Shown one piece after another: positions 52,477 to 61,900 of a stretch of 64,000 bases of DNA. The position numbers were made by a program, and so were the translations under genes. How positions within the stretch are numbered: position 1 is the stretch's first letter; each line of letters starts with the position of its first letter. The DNA comes from a virus: IMG/VR virus record IMGVR_UViG_3300045988_179183; one strand, given 5' to 3'. Under the pieces are notes generated by a model. That model saw only the letters and a list, made by a program, of their open reading frames with translations. It did not search any database and was not told where the DNA came from.

Positions 52477-53373
52477 CTATTCAATTATTTCATCATTCTG
52501 TTTTTCATACAAGAACTCTCTCGCTCTCGCGTCAGCGAACGCGTACAAAACTATATCTCGACTCAGATAATGATACGGTATCCTGCCAGATAGATCGGGG
52601 CCGGCACTCCCATACGCATCTTGCCCCGGTACGAGGGTTCCCTCTGCCACTTTCTTCAAAAAATTATTACGTGCCTTCTCAATATTGATGGCGTACCTGA
52701 AAATAGAGAAATCGACCGAATCCGGCATGACAAACCGGGTTGTTTCAACGTTTGAACATCCCAGGAGATGAACGTATTTCCCTTTATCGCGAGCGTACTT
52801 CATCATCTTTCCCAGTTCATCCCTGTACACATGCCATTCCCTACCCTGAGCCAGACCTCCTATCGAAAGGATGGGGTAGAGGGGCGAGTCACAGAGATCC
52901 TTCCAGTATTGAAAACCCTGATGCATTTTAAATACCGGTGCGGGATAGTACCCTGTTATTTCCTTGATCTCGTCTCTCAGATAATTTTTAGGTGATAACA
53001 GGTTATCATCTTTTCTAAAATACTCGTTATCAAGTTCAAAACACATTTTAAACGGATACATTTTAAGAAACCGAAGAAACTTTTTCTTCATTTTCTCGCA
53101 TTCATTCCAAAAATCAGGGTTGTTTTCACCCAGTTTCTTCTGTTTTTTGAATAATGTGAAACCACCGGAATCCAACCATATTCGATCGCCTCCAACAACG
53201 GTTTGAATAAATTTAATATACCCGGCGGTCATATCAACGGTTGAAATTAGATAGTCGTTATCATGTGCAAGCAAAAGTTTTTCCAAGACCTTATCGGACC
53301 TACAACTACACACCAGACCACCACCCAATCCCATCACAAGCCTTTTTTTAGGTTTTTCAAACATATCAATCAA
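52477..53373 (-). CDS. dpdA: DpdA-type (TGT-family) DNA 7-deazaguanine transglycosylase
   Basis: WLDSGGFTLF (TGT DSGGFQ motif), LSIGGLAQG (GGLAVGE), VHLLG (YLMGVG). Embedded among preQ0 synthesis genes. Confidence 0.7.
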   Translation of the reverse strand: MIDMFEKPKKRLVMGLGGGLVCSCRSDKVLEKLLLAHDNDYLISTVDMTAGYIKFIQTVVGGDRIWLDSGGFTLFKKQKKLGENNPDFWNECEKMKKKFLRFLKMYPFKMCFELDNEYFRKDDNLLSPKNYLRDEIKEITGYYPAPVFKMHQGFQYWKDLCDSPLYPILSIGGLAQGREWHVYRDELGKMMKYARDKGKYVHLLGCSNVETTRFVMPDSVDFSIFRYAINIEKARNNFLKKVAEGTLVPGQDAYGSAGPDLSGRIPYHYLSRDIVLYAFADARAREFLYEKQNDEIIE

Positions 53374-53803
53374 TACCAGCTATTAATTTATCAAGTTCAT
53401 CTTTGTTATCTTGAAGGGTTGTGATACCGATTTCTTTCATCGCATCCTTGTTGCCTGATTTTTCAACAAGACGTTGAAGGCCTGTATAATTCCATGAGGA
53501 ATACTCACCAACTTTATTATCAGCGACCAAAAAACCAACCTTTTCCTCGTCCGTTAAACCACTAACGACTAAAACATCAAACTCTTCAACGCCAAGTAGC
53601 TGTAACGCTTTGAATCTCGTGTTTCCCGCAAGTATCGTTCCTTCTTCATCAACAACAATAGGATTGATATATCCATATTCTTGGATGCTTTTTGCAACAA
53701 TTTTCGCGGATTTCGAATTTTTTCGAGGATTCAATGGGTGGCAGCGTATGTCACCCACGCTCACCCATTTAATTTCCTTCCGTATTTTCTTTATCGCCGA
53801 CAT
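53366..53803 (-). CDS. ParB N-terminal-domain (ParB-like nuclease/NTPase) protein
   Basis: VGDIRCHPLNPRKN ... INPIVVDEEGTILAGNTRFKALQLLG is the ParBc box pattern. 8-nt overlap with the dpdA start. Confidence 0.7.
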   Translation of the reverse strand: MSAIKKIRKEIKWVSVGDIRCHPLNPRKNSKSAKIVAKSIQEYGYINPIVVDEEGTILAGNTRFKALQLLGVEEFDVLVVSGLTDEEKVGFLVADNKVGEYSSWNYTGLQRLVEKSGNKDAMKEIGITTLQDNKDELDKLIAGID

Positions 53804-53806
53804 ATT

Positions 53807-54448
53807 TTATTTTCTCCCGAGTTTATAAATCTGTATCGCTCTTAAAAACTCATCTCGGCTATTCATCTCATTTGTTAAAAACGCCCCCGAACAATAGTGG
53901 GTTGTCATCGTACTATTATCTTCCGCGCCCCGCATACTCACGCACATATGTTCCGCCTCAATATAAACTGCGATACCCAGCACTGTGTCGCCGAATATGT
54001 TAACCAAATAATCATGAATCTGACGAGTTAATTGTTCTTGTAATTGAGGCCGTTTGGCGAACCAGTGAACTATTCTGTTTAGTTTCGAAAGACCAATAAC
54101 TTGGCCACTTTCCTTGCTGATATACGCCAAACTACAGAATCCTGTGAACGGAAGTAAATGGTGTGAACACAATGAATTCACCTCGATCCCATGTTCAATT
54201 ACCATACCTGAGTATCCTGAACTTGGGAATACCGCCAATTTCGGAGGTGCAGAATACGCACCTGACGTGATTTCATTGACAAACATTTTCGCAACCCTGT
54301 ACGGTGTTTTTATCATGTTAGGGTCATTCTTCCAATCATACCCCAGGGCCTCCAAGAACTTACCGTACGCCTCGGTGGCCCTTGCCAACATCTCGTTTCT
54401 ATCATCATCGGAAAGAACGACGTTCCCTCCTGCCATTATTTTTTTCAT
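53807..54448 (-). CDS. folE: GTP cyclohydrolase I
   Basis: SLCSHHLLPFTGFCSLAYI and RPQLQEQLTRQI match FolE CEHHLLPF / QERLT motifs. Confidence 0.9.
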   Translation of the reverse strand: MKKIMAGGNVVLSDDDRNEMLARATEAYGKFLEALGYDWKNDPNMIKTPYRVAKMFVNEITSGAYSAPPKLAVFPSSGYSGMVIEHGIEVNSLCSHHLLPFTGFCSLAYISKESGQVIGLSKLNRIVHWFAKRPQLQEQLTRQIHDYLVNIFGDTVLGIAVYIEAEHMCVSMRGAEDNSTMTTHYCSGAFLTNEMNSRDEFLRAIQIYKLGRK

Positions 54449-54473
54449 ATTTCGTGTTTTATCTCGTTTTTAA

Positions 54474-55238
54474 CTAAGCATCTCTCTTATCTCCGAAGAT
54501 TATTATATGTAAGCGGTCAGAGTAGAAGTAGCCCAAATCTATACATCTCTGTGCCAACCATTTTCTTTTCTCTGCCAGTTTCTCCTCGGTATCCCCCTCC
54601 GGCATCAGATAGACTATTACAGGCCAGAAGGGGTCCAGTTTAGATACCTCCTTCTTAATTTTCCGAACTTGTCTCTCGACTTCCTTTATATCATCCTCCG
54701 AGGACACCACATATTTCAACTGCGAGAATTTCGATTCCATGATCCATGACACTATAGCGGGGATATTCTCCCTCGTTTTCGCGTGTTTCTCCGCGAATTC
54801 GCCCGAACTCGGAATTGAACTCTTCAATTTAGGTGAGATTGATACGACGTCTACGTACGTATCCTCATCCAGTACATCACCTCTCGCGATGGTTCCGTTC
54901 GTTTCCATGCTCACACTCAACTTATGTCTCCGACCTATCTCGATCAACGATCTCAACAATTCGGGATGAAGGGTCGGTTCTCCCCCGGTAATAAGCATGC
55001 ATTTTATCTGAGGGTTCATGATTATGATATCGACGACATCGTTCAATGAATATTTACCCTTTTCCGGGTTCCACGAGCTGTAGGCCGTGTCACATATACT
55101 CCCTTTAAAAGTACATCTCAGGTTACACCCAGATGTTCTTATAAGAATATGGGGGACCCCCACCTTCATACCCTCTCCCTGTATACAGGTGTGCAAATCA
55201 ATAATCGGTTGAATTTCTGAATAATCCATTTTTAACAT
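54474..55238 (-). CDS. queE: 7-carboxy-7-deazaguanine synthase QueE (radical SAM)
   Basis: IQGEGMKVGVPHILIRTSGCNLRCTFKGSICDT: QueE-type radical-SAM Cys cluster; LITGGEPTLH. Confidence 0.85.
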   Translation of the reverse strand: MLKMDYSEIQPIIDLHTCIQGEGMKVGVPHILIRTSGCNLRCTFKGSICDTAYSSWNPEKGKYSLNDVVDIIIMNPQIKCMLITGGEPTLHPELLRSLIEIGRRHKLSVSMETNGTIARGDVLDEDTYVDVVSISPKLKSSIPSSGEFAEKHAKTRENIPAIVSWIMESKFSQLKYVVSSEDDIKEVERQVRKIKKEVSKLDPFWPVIVYLMPEGDTEEKLAEKRKWLAQRCIDLGYFYSDRLHIIIFGDKRDA

Positions 55239-55465
55239 AAATAAGCGTTATACAATTCTATAAACTCGGCGAGATCCAGTTCTGAGAATCTCCGTTCTTT
55301 CGCAATCTCTTTAATAAGATCAAGTTGATTTTCATAAAGCTCGTCCGCCATCTCACCATACCCGCTCACCCTTAAATCAATCACAGGCAATGAAAGTTCA
55401 AATGCCAGACTTTCATCAAACCCATAGCGATCAACAAGATCATTTAGTTCCTTTTTCGTTATCAT
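55232..55465 (-). CDS. Small acidic protein of unknown function, coupled between queD and queE
   Basis: 77-aa ORF. Overlaps the queD stop (4 nt) and the queE start (7 nt). Confidence 0.5.
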   Translation of the reverse strand: MITKKELNDLVDRYGFDESLAFELSLPVIDLRVSGYGEMADELYENQLDLIKEIAKERRFSELDLAEFIELYNAYLC

Positions 55466-56037
55466 AACTTCACTTGTAGTTCAACCTTTGGGTTCACGAA
55501 TTTAATCCCTCGAAAAAGTTTATGATAAATCTCAGTTTTTGCCAGTGAAGGGCTAACTTCTATTTCTTCGGGATACATTTCCAAGTATCTATCATAATCA
55601 TTTCGATCCGATTCGGCATAACCAGTATCTGTTTCATGAACTCGCACTGATTGCACAACCACGTTACCCTCACCATTGTTAAATTCTGTTTTTTCCAATA
55701 TCGATTCAAAACAAGCGAAAAACATGGATGAGAGTAATTCAGCGGAGGGATTGCAAGGTAAAATTATCCACCTATCATTCATCGCCTGTATAAAATTTTT
55801 GTAAACCTCGTTATCCTTCGCCCACAATAAATGAGTATGATCGAATAAATCAACGACTTCTTTAAAATTACCAAGAAGACCGAAATCGACGACCATCCCT
55901 GCGTTATCCAAACGATCCGAGGTCAAAAATAACTCAACTTTATAGCTGTGTCCGTGAATTGAATGTGAACATCTGTCCGATGTACAATTTCTCACAATAT
56001 GGCTTCCCTCAAACTTAAACAATTTTCTAATTATCAT
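55462..56037 (-). CDS. queD: 6-carboxy-5,6,7,8-tetrahydropterin synthase QueD
   Basis: FKFEGSHIVRNCTSDRCSHSIHGHSYKVELFL: the QueD/PTPS Cys plus HGH motif. Confidence 0.85.
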   Translation of the reverse strand: MIIRKLFKFEGSHIVRNCTSDRCSHSIHGHSYKVELFLTSDRLDNAGMVVDFGLLGNFKEVVDLFDHTHLLWAKDNEVYKNFIQAMNDRWIILPCNPSAELLSSMFFACFESILEKTEFNNGEGNVVVQSVRVHETDTGYAESDRNDYDRYLEMYPEEIEVSPSLAKTEIYHKLFRGIKFVNPKVELQVKL

Positions 56038-56064
56038 ACTATCAATATTTTTAAATCAACACCA

Positions 56065-56096
56065 TAAAGATACACAATGTTTATCAGATAAACAAA
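56065..56096 (-). promoter_or_regulatory. Promoter (-33 TTTG / -7 TATCTTTA) for the deazaguanine operon
   Basis: TTTG-N20-TATCTTTA, 27 nt upstream of queD ATG 56037. Confidence 0.6.
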
Positions 56097-56554
56097 TCTT
56101 CAACCAACAATTCTACGTCTATATAGCGTAATGGTATACTTTCTCCTTTCGGTGTTGTGACGATTATTTTTTCCCAATTAGGATTATTCTCCTTCACAAC
56201 ACACACTTCACCCTGATACCTTACCTTTCTCCCTGATTTAAATGCGTAAAATCTATCATATATCACCGGACTGTTTTTTAAAGGGTCATATTTCAAACTC
56301 GGCATCCCGTACGGTTGAAGGAACACATCCTTCAACATGCGATGGTATTCTTGACTATCCTTGAAAATACTACGCAGTTGGTATTGATGCGAGATTTTCA
56401 TTATCTTAGCCTTTTTCTTCTCGCAAATATCATTACACATTTTAATAAAACAAGGTTCCTCGTACACCAAGGCCCTGAATAAATATGAGAAATATTCCAA
56501 CTCCAATTGTTCAAAATATTCCCTTACCGTTAATTTTCCGTTCTGAGGTATCAT
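56084..56554 (-). CDS. Hypothetical protein
   Basis: 156-aa ORF after the primase gene. Confidence 0.5.
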   Translation of the reverse strand: MIPQNGKLTVREYFEQLELEYFSYLFRALVYEEPCFIKMCNDICEKKKAKIMKISHQYQLRSIFKDSQEYHRMLKDVFLQPYGMPSLKYDPLKNSPVIYDRFYAFKSGRKVRYQGEVCVVKENNPNWEKIIVTTPKGESIPLRYIDVELLVEDLFI

Positions 56555-57566
56555 ATATCGTTTTATCTAGGTTATTTAAATAAAAATTCAAAGGATCCTG
56601 CATATCGATCAGAACTCGTTGTAAATATTGCATCGTCATATTTCCGGGATCAACATCTTTATCCTTTATCCGACAAACTTTCACATTGAAAAATTTACTC
56701 AAATGGAGTGCTGTTTCCTTGCTTTCCCTTAAAGCGTCCTCATCGTACATTAAGATCACCGTTTTGACGTTCGTTTTTCTTAATTGATTCAATTGACCCG
56801 GACTTATCTTCTTGCCAAATGTGAAGCAACATGCGATTTCTTGGTTAAATCCCAGGTTAATCAGATAATCAACGTTCACCTTATCAAACAAACCCTCAAC
56901 CAATATCACCGTTTCTGTTTCCGGCCCGATAAAATTATACCCACCCAGAATATGAGAAAAACCATCCTGACTGTTCATGTATCGTAGAACCATTTTGCCA
57001 ATACCTTCCTTGAATAACGTTCTATTATTATCATGCCACGTTTTATTGTATCGTGACCTTGCCAGCCACGCGACAACCCTATCTCCTTCCTTAATCTTGA
57101 AGATAATGTAATTATGCTTGGCTAACGTCTCCTCCAAAACTGATTTAGTGTATGATGGTTCAAATTCTTCATAGTGTTCCTTTAAAAAATGCCTGCTCTC
57201 CAGATACGGATCGTTGACCAAAGGTTTCAACCCAATGGGGAGTCTTGTGTTTGATTGAACATTCTCTTCAATATCATCCTCTTCTTTGATTAAAGGTGTT
57301 AATTTAGTATTTTTTTTCGACATTTGGTAATCATTTCTTATCAAATCTTTTCGGTCCATTTTGATAAGATAATTACGAATACTTGTTTTCGTTCCGCATT
57401 TAAAACAATGGAATACTGCCGAATGTCCATCGTCCGTGAAAATTAATGCATTCTTCCCATCTTTCCCACAAAACGGGCACGGTTCTTTCGAACTTAACCA
57501 ACCTTTTTGGCCGAAGGGCTTGAGGTTTAATTCGGCGATTATCTCATCCTTATCAATAATCATCAC
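56511..57566 (-). CDS. dnaG: DNA primase (zinc finger plus TOPRIM)
   Basis: CPFCGKDGKNALIF...FHCFKCG zinc finger; VILVEGLFDKVN and VILMYDEDA TOPRIM acidic motifs. Confidence 0.8.
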   Translation of the reverse strand: MMIIDKDEIIAELNLKPFGQKGWLSSKEPCPFCGKDGKNALIFTDDGHSAVFHCFKCGTKTSIRNYLIKMDRKDLIRNDYQMSKKNTKLTPLIKEEDDIEENVQSNTRLPIGLKPLVNDPYLESRHFLKEHYEEFEPSYTKSVLEETLAKHNYIIFKIKEGDRVVAWLARSRYNKTWHDNNRTLFKEGIGKMVLRYMNSQDGFSHILGGYNFIGPETETVILVEGLFDKVNVDYLINLGFNQEIACCFTFGKKISPGQLNQLRKTNVKTVILMYDEDALRESKETALHLSKFFNVKVCRIKDKDVDPGNMTMQYLQRVLIDMQDPLNFYLNNLDKTIYDTSERKINGKGIF

Positions 57567-58981
57567 ACAACCCTCCCTTTCTGTTCGTTTGAATTAGATC
57601 TTGTTCGTTTTCTCCCACCACCATGTGTGTGTGTAATTTTTAAATCATAGAATTCCTCTAGGGTTCTCTTTCTATCATAGAACCGTCCGGCGTTATAATT
57701 CGTTGCCACTTTAAAAACAGGATCGATATTTTCATAATCACGGACCTTATCCTTGAAAATCCTACAAGTTTTATGTTTCACCTCCTCTAATGTTTGATTA
57801 ATAGAAAATACCCAACTAAAAGGTTGAACAACAGTTCTATCACCTTCCGCGTAGCTTCGATCTATAACTTTTTCTTCGTCATTCCAAACTTCAAAAGGAA
57901 CATCACCCGTCTGAATCGCGGTTACACAGGACATACTGAATTCCTCACACATATTTTTCAATCTTTTTCCACACTCCTGAAACTTATATTTTGGTCGGGG
58001 GTCATTATCAAAACTCGGTATACCCGTTCTTATCAGGTTAAATGAATCTATGATTAAAATCCTAGGAAACTTACCCACTAATTTCTTATATTCGAGGCAT
58101 ATCGTCCTCACATCAAGAATGGTCGCATCACCAAATTTCTTGAAACTGTAAATTTTAATATCATTCGCATAGGATTCTATATCCTTCAATGTCTTATGTA
58201 AATCATCAAGCTCATCCTGGGTGAAATTATCCTCCTTCAAATCGGTATACGTCTTAAAGGTCCACATCTGGGAATATTTCATATGTATTTTCTCTTTCGC
58301 CTCCTCACATTGGATATGAAGAACGTCTGCCCCGGTAAGTGCGGATGTTAACCCCCTCCATCGTAACACTGTTGACTTTCCCACCCCGGATCTGGCCAAC
58401 CATAACTCAGTGTCGCCCACATCAATTCCCCCGTATTTATCATCAAGTGCATCTATTCCGAATGCAACAGGAGGCTGCTGCTCTGTTTTTTCGGCCCAAT
58501 CTTTCCGGCATTTATCAAAATCACTAAACACCCCTAAAAACATCTCCGACTGAGCCCTTAATGAAAATTCCAAAATCCTCGTACTTTCCTCCTTGCTTAA
58601 CCTCATCGCCTCTTCTTTTTTTCCTTCACCATAAAGATCAACGATGGCCTTGTTAAGGAGAAGAAATTCACTGTCACGAATATAGCTTTCAAGTTGATTT
58701 AAAAGGACTTCGTCATCAACAATTTGAGATTCCTTTATCTGATCAACCGCGAGTTGAACAGACTCCATGTCACTATATTTTTGGGAGATAACCCCCAGTG
58801 AAGGTATTTTATCATATTGGTGAAACTGTTCTTTCGCATCCTTCAAAATAAATTTATACCCCACTTCCTCTTTAGGAATAAATTTAAAATCAAGGTGTCT
58901 GTCAACAATAAACATCATTTCCTTGCTTAGAAACATTTTCCGAAACAGTTCACCTAAAAAATTTGCGTTTATTTTTTCCAT
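57563..58981 (-). CDS. DnaB-like replicative helicase
   Basis: LWLARSGVGKST (Walker A), RILIIDSFNL (Walker B), RecA-like C-terminal domain. Trimmed to ATG 58981, 1 nt after the terL stop. Confidence 0.8.
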   Translation of the reverse strand: MEKINANFLGELFRKMFLSKEMMFIVDRHLDFKFIPKEEVGYKFILKDAKEQFHQYDKIPSLGVISQKYSDMESVQLAVDQIKESQIVDDEVLLNQLESYIRDSEFLLLNKAIVDLYGEGKKEEAMRLSKEESTRILEFSLRAQSEMFLGVFSDFDKCRKDWAEKTEQQPPVAFGIDALDDKYGGIDVGDTELWLARSGVGKSTVLRWRGLTSALTGADVLHIQCEEAKEKIHMKYSQMWTFKTYTDLKEDNFTQDELDDLHKTLKDIESYANDIKIYSFKKFGDATILDVRTICLEYKKLVGKFPRILIIDSFNLIRTGIPSFDNDPRPKYKFQECGKRLKNMCEEFSMSCVTAIQTGDVPFEVWNDEEKVIDRSYAEGDRTVVQPFSWVFSINQTLEEVKHKTCRIFKDKVRDYENIDPVFKVATNYNAGRFYDRKRTLEEFYDLKITHTHGGGRKRTRSNSNEQKGRVV

Positions 58982-58982
58982 A

Positions 58983-61900
58983 TCAATCCAAATCAACAAA
59001 ATCAATCATTGCCTGTACGTTGTTTTCCCTCAAATCTTGTATTGCCATGAACGATGACATACATATATCATCATGTCCACAAACTGATTCAAGAGTCCCT
59101 TTCTTTGAGTTAAACGCGATTGAATTAAATTCACCAAACATCGTATCAACCAACTTTCGTGTGTTTTCATCTCCGTAAGGCACCCTCAAACGTGCACTTT
59201 CAAAAAACGCTGATAGTGAGGGTAGACCTGATTTCAGATCCTTTTTATTCCCTTCAGTTGTGATAAATTCCTCGACATTAACTAATCCCCTCTCTTTCGC
59301 CATACCCGCAAGAATTCTTTGAAATCCATTCGACTCACACACGGATTTGTTCGGTTTATATCTCGCGTTAAATTCAATAAGTTTATTCACTTGAAGATCA
59401 TGGCTCGCACCCTGCTCTCTAAATATATTTATAAGATATATCAATCCGTGTGCATCCATACCCCATACAGTGTATACTGTATAATCGGCACCCACATTAC
59501 CCGATATCGCAAAATCACATCCCACGACAACCCTGACTAACTTTATGGGGTAACTTTCTATATCATTTGCGAAACTGATATGTTCCATCCCACGTATCGA
59601 TCTTTTCAGAAATTCATACGGGAAAATCGTTGACGTGTCCGCGATCGGCACAACTAGATATTCTCGGTTGAAAACTAACGTTCCAAGTGATTTCCGTTCC
59701 TCCGTTAACCTTTTAAACGTAAGACGATCAGGTGCTAACAGTTGACCATTTGGGAAAACCGCCGGGTATTCAAATACCTTGAATCGGCCATCTTTTTTTA
59801 AATCCCCGTAAATATCCGTTGCCGAATACGGTGTGTTGTGTGATATTATCCCATTCGAAATAAACCGATGAGAAATTGGGATTTTGAAATCAACGGTGTA
59901 AGACTCACTCTCAATTATCGATTTTATCGGTGCGAAATGATACTTCAAATTCATATTACTCAAAATAATCTGAACATCAGGATCATTTTGAGGTAAAGAT
60001 AAAATCCATTTTTTTATCGGTCCGTTCATTCTTTTAAAAGAATGAACTTTCGTATAAAAATCCCCCGATCTCATACCGTAAAATTTCATCTTATCATTAC
60101 CCAACGGATATTTTGATCGAATCTTTCTTAATATCACCGATTGAAACGGTATTCCTTTATCAATGCAAGAGGATTCTCTCCTAGTTTCTCGCGGAACCTT
60201 CCCTTTTCCTGAATAAGTGAACCCGATTTTCTCCATGAATAGTTTCACGCTCGAATTTTTGCTTATAACCAAATTGTATCCTGTTCGGTTTGATTTAACT
60301 AATTCGGTTGATTGGCATTTTTTCTTCTCAATACGTGAATCAATCCCCATGTTAAGAAGAAGTATTTGAATCTGCTGGATTAAACGAAAGCTCGTTGAAA
60401 AATAGCTTACATTTATTCCTTTATCTGAACGATGTCCGTGATAGCAGCATCCATCGCCATCAAAACACCCTCGAAGAAACCATATAACATCCTCCTCGGA
60501 CGCACTCATGATTTTATCAGGAATTGTCTTGGTATGCGAATACATCCCTTTTCGATACCCTAAACTCAACCACGTGGAGATTTTCTCCTTGCTATTAAAC
60601 GACATCCCTATGTGATTTTTCTTAGGGTGATACCCCCTCTCATTAATCAGAAAATTTCTTATACCGGGATTCTTTTTTGTTATCGTGACCCTATTTCCAT
60701 AACCACTTAAATCCAACGTACCGTCCGCTATACAAAGCCCGATTTCATAAAGCTCCTCCCCTTCTATACCAAGAGAACGACCCCAAATATTTGACCCCAT
60801 CTTAAACGCGACAAAATCTCCTTCATACAAATCTTTCGCGTTAACCCATTCGAATAAGCCCGTTTCCGAATTACATCTAAGTAAAGGATGAATGAAACTT
60901 GTTTCAATCTCCAATCCGTTTGAAAGGGTTATGATTTTTGTGGGGGTTTTTCCGTTTACGTAATAGTCTGTCGCGTTAACAAATCCCTCACCATCATGAA
61001 TGTTCATATCAAGAGGGAAAAACCCCTTCTCTCTTTCAATATTAACAGGAGATAATTTGCCAATTTCAGTTAAACCGTTTTCGGTAAACACGTACGTATC
61101 TGGTCTCACACAACCGAGTACACATAAATAGCCGAACGGTTCCACGATCGGAGTGATTGACCCGTAAAAAACTTCATGAAGCTTCTCCCTTTGCTCTTGT
61201 GAATACAACGAACTTTCATCAGGCAGGTCGTCGCATACGACGGCACCAACGTGAAGACCTCGAATCATGGAATCTTTCGATCTCAAATGGAGGATTGAAT
61301 CTGTTTCAGTCGTGATTGATGTCGCGGCTAACTTAGCTTTTCCGTTGCGATTCAATTTCTCCCGAAGAATATCATTTTGCTCTATCTCGGAAATAATCAT
61401 CGCGATGTGTTTCTTGCCGAGTGTTTCATTATTCGTAATCATACACGTTTCCTTACGATTCTTATTGTCGATACTATCCCTAAGAAACGTGGTTGGTCGG
61501 TCATAAGAATATAACCTCCATAAAATGAATGCAAAACACCCCTCGTAACTATTATGTACAACGGTCCCATCTTTCAAGAGAAAAAGGTGATCTCCGTCAC
61601 AAGAAAAACCAACATAATCGCCATCACCGATACATTCAACCTTGAGAGAGGTTGATAAATTATCCTGCACCGTGATTTTTGAAGGTATCTTCTTTCTTTC
61701 TATTTTCACAGGAATTTCATCAACATCTCCCGAAATTGTTATCCTGTAATGAGTATAATCATGAAGGATGTTTTCACCCTTTAATGTTTTCACCTTTACA
61801 TCTGCCGTCCGAGTTATAATCGAATTACATCTGAATCCCAATGATTGAGCAAGTCTTTGCGTTTGCTCTATTAAATTCCTGTCCTTAAACCCAATTTCAA

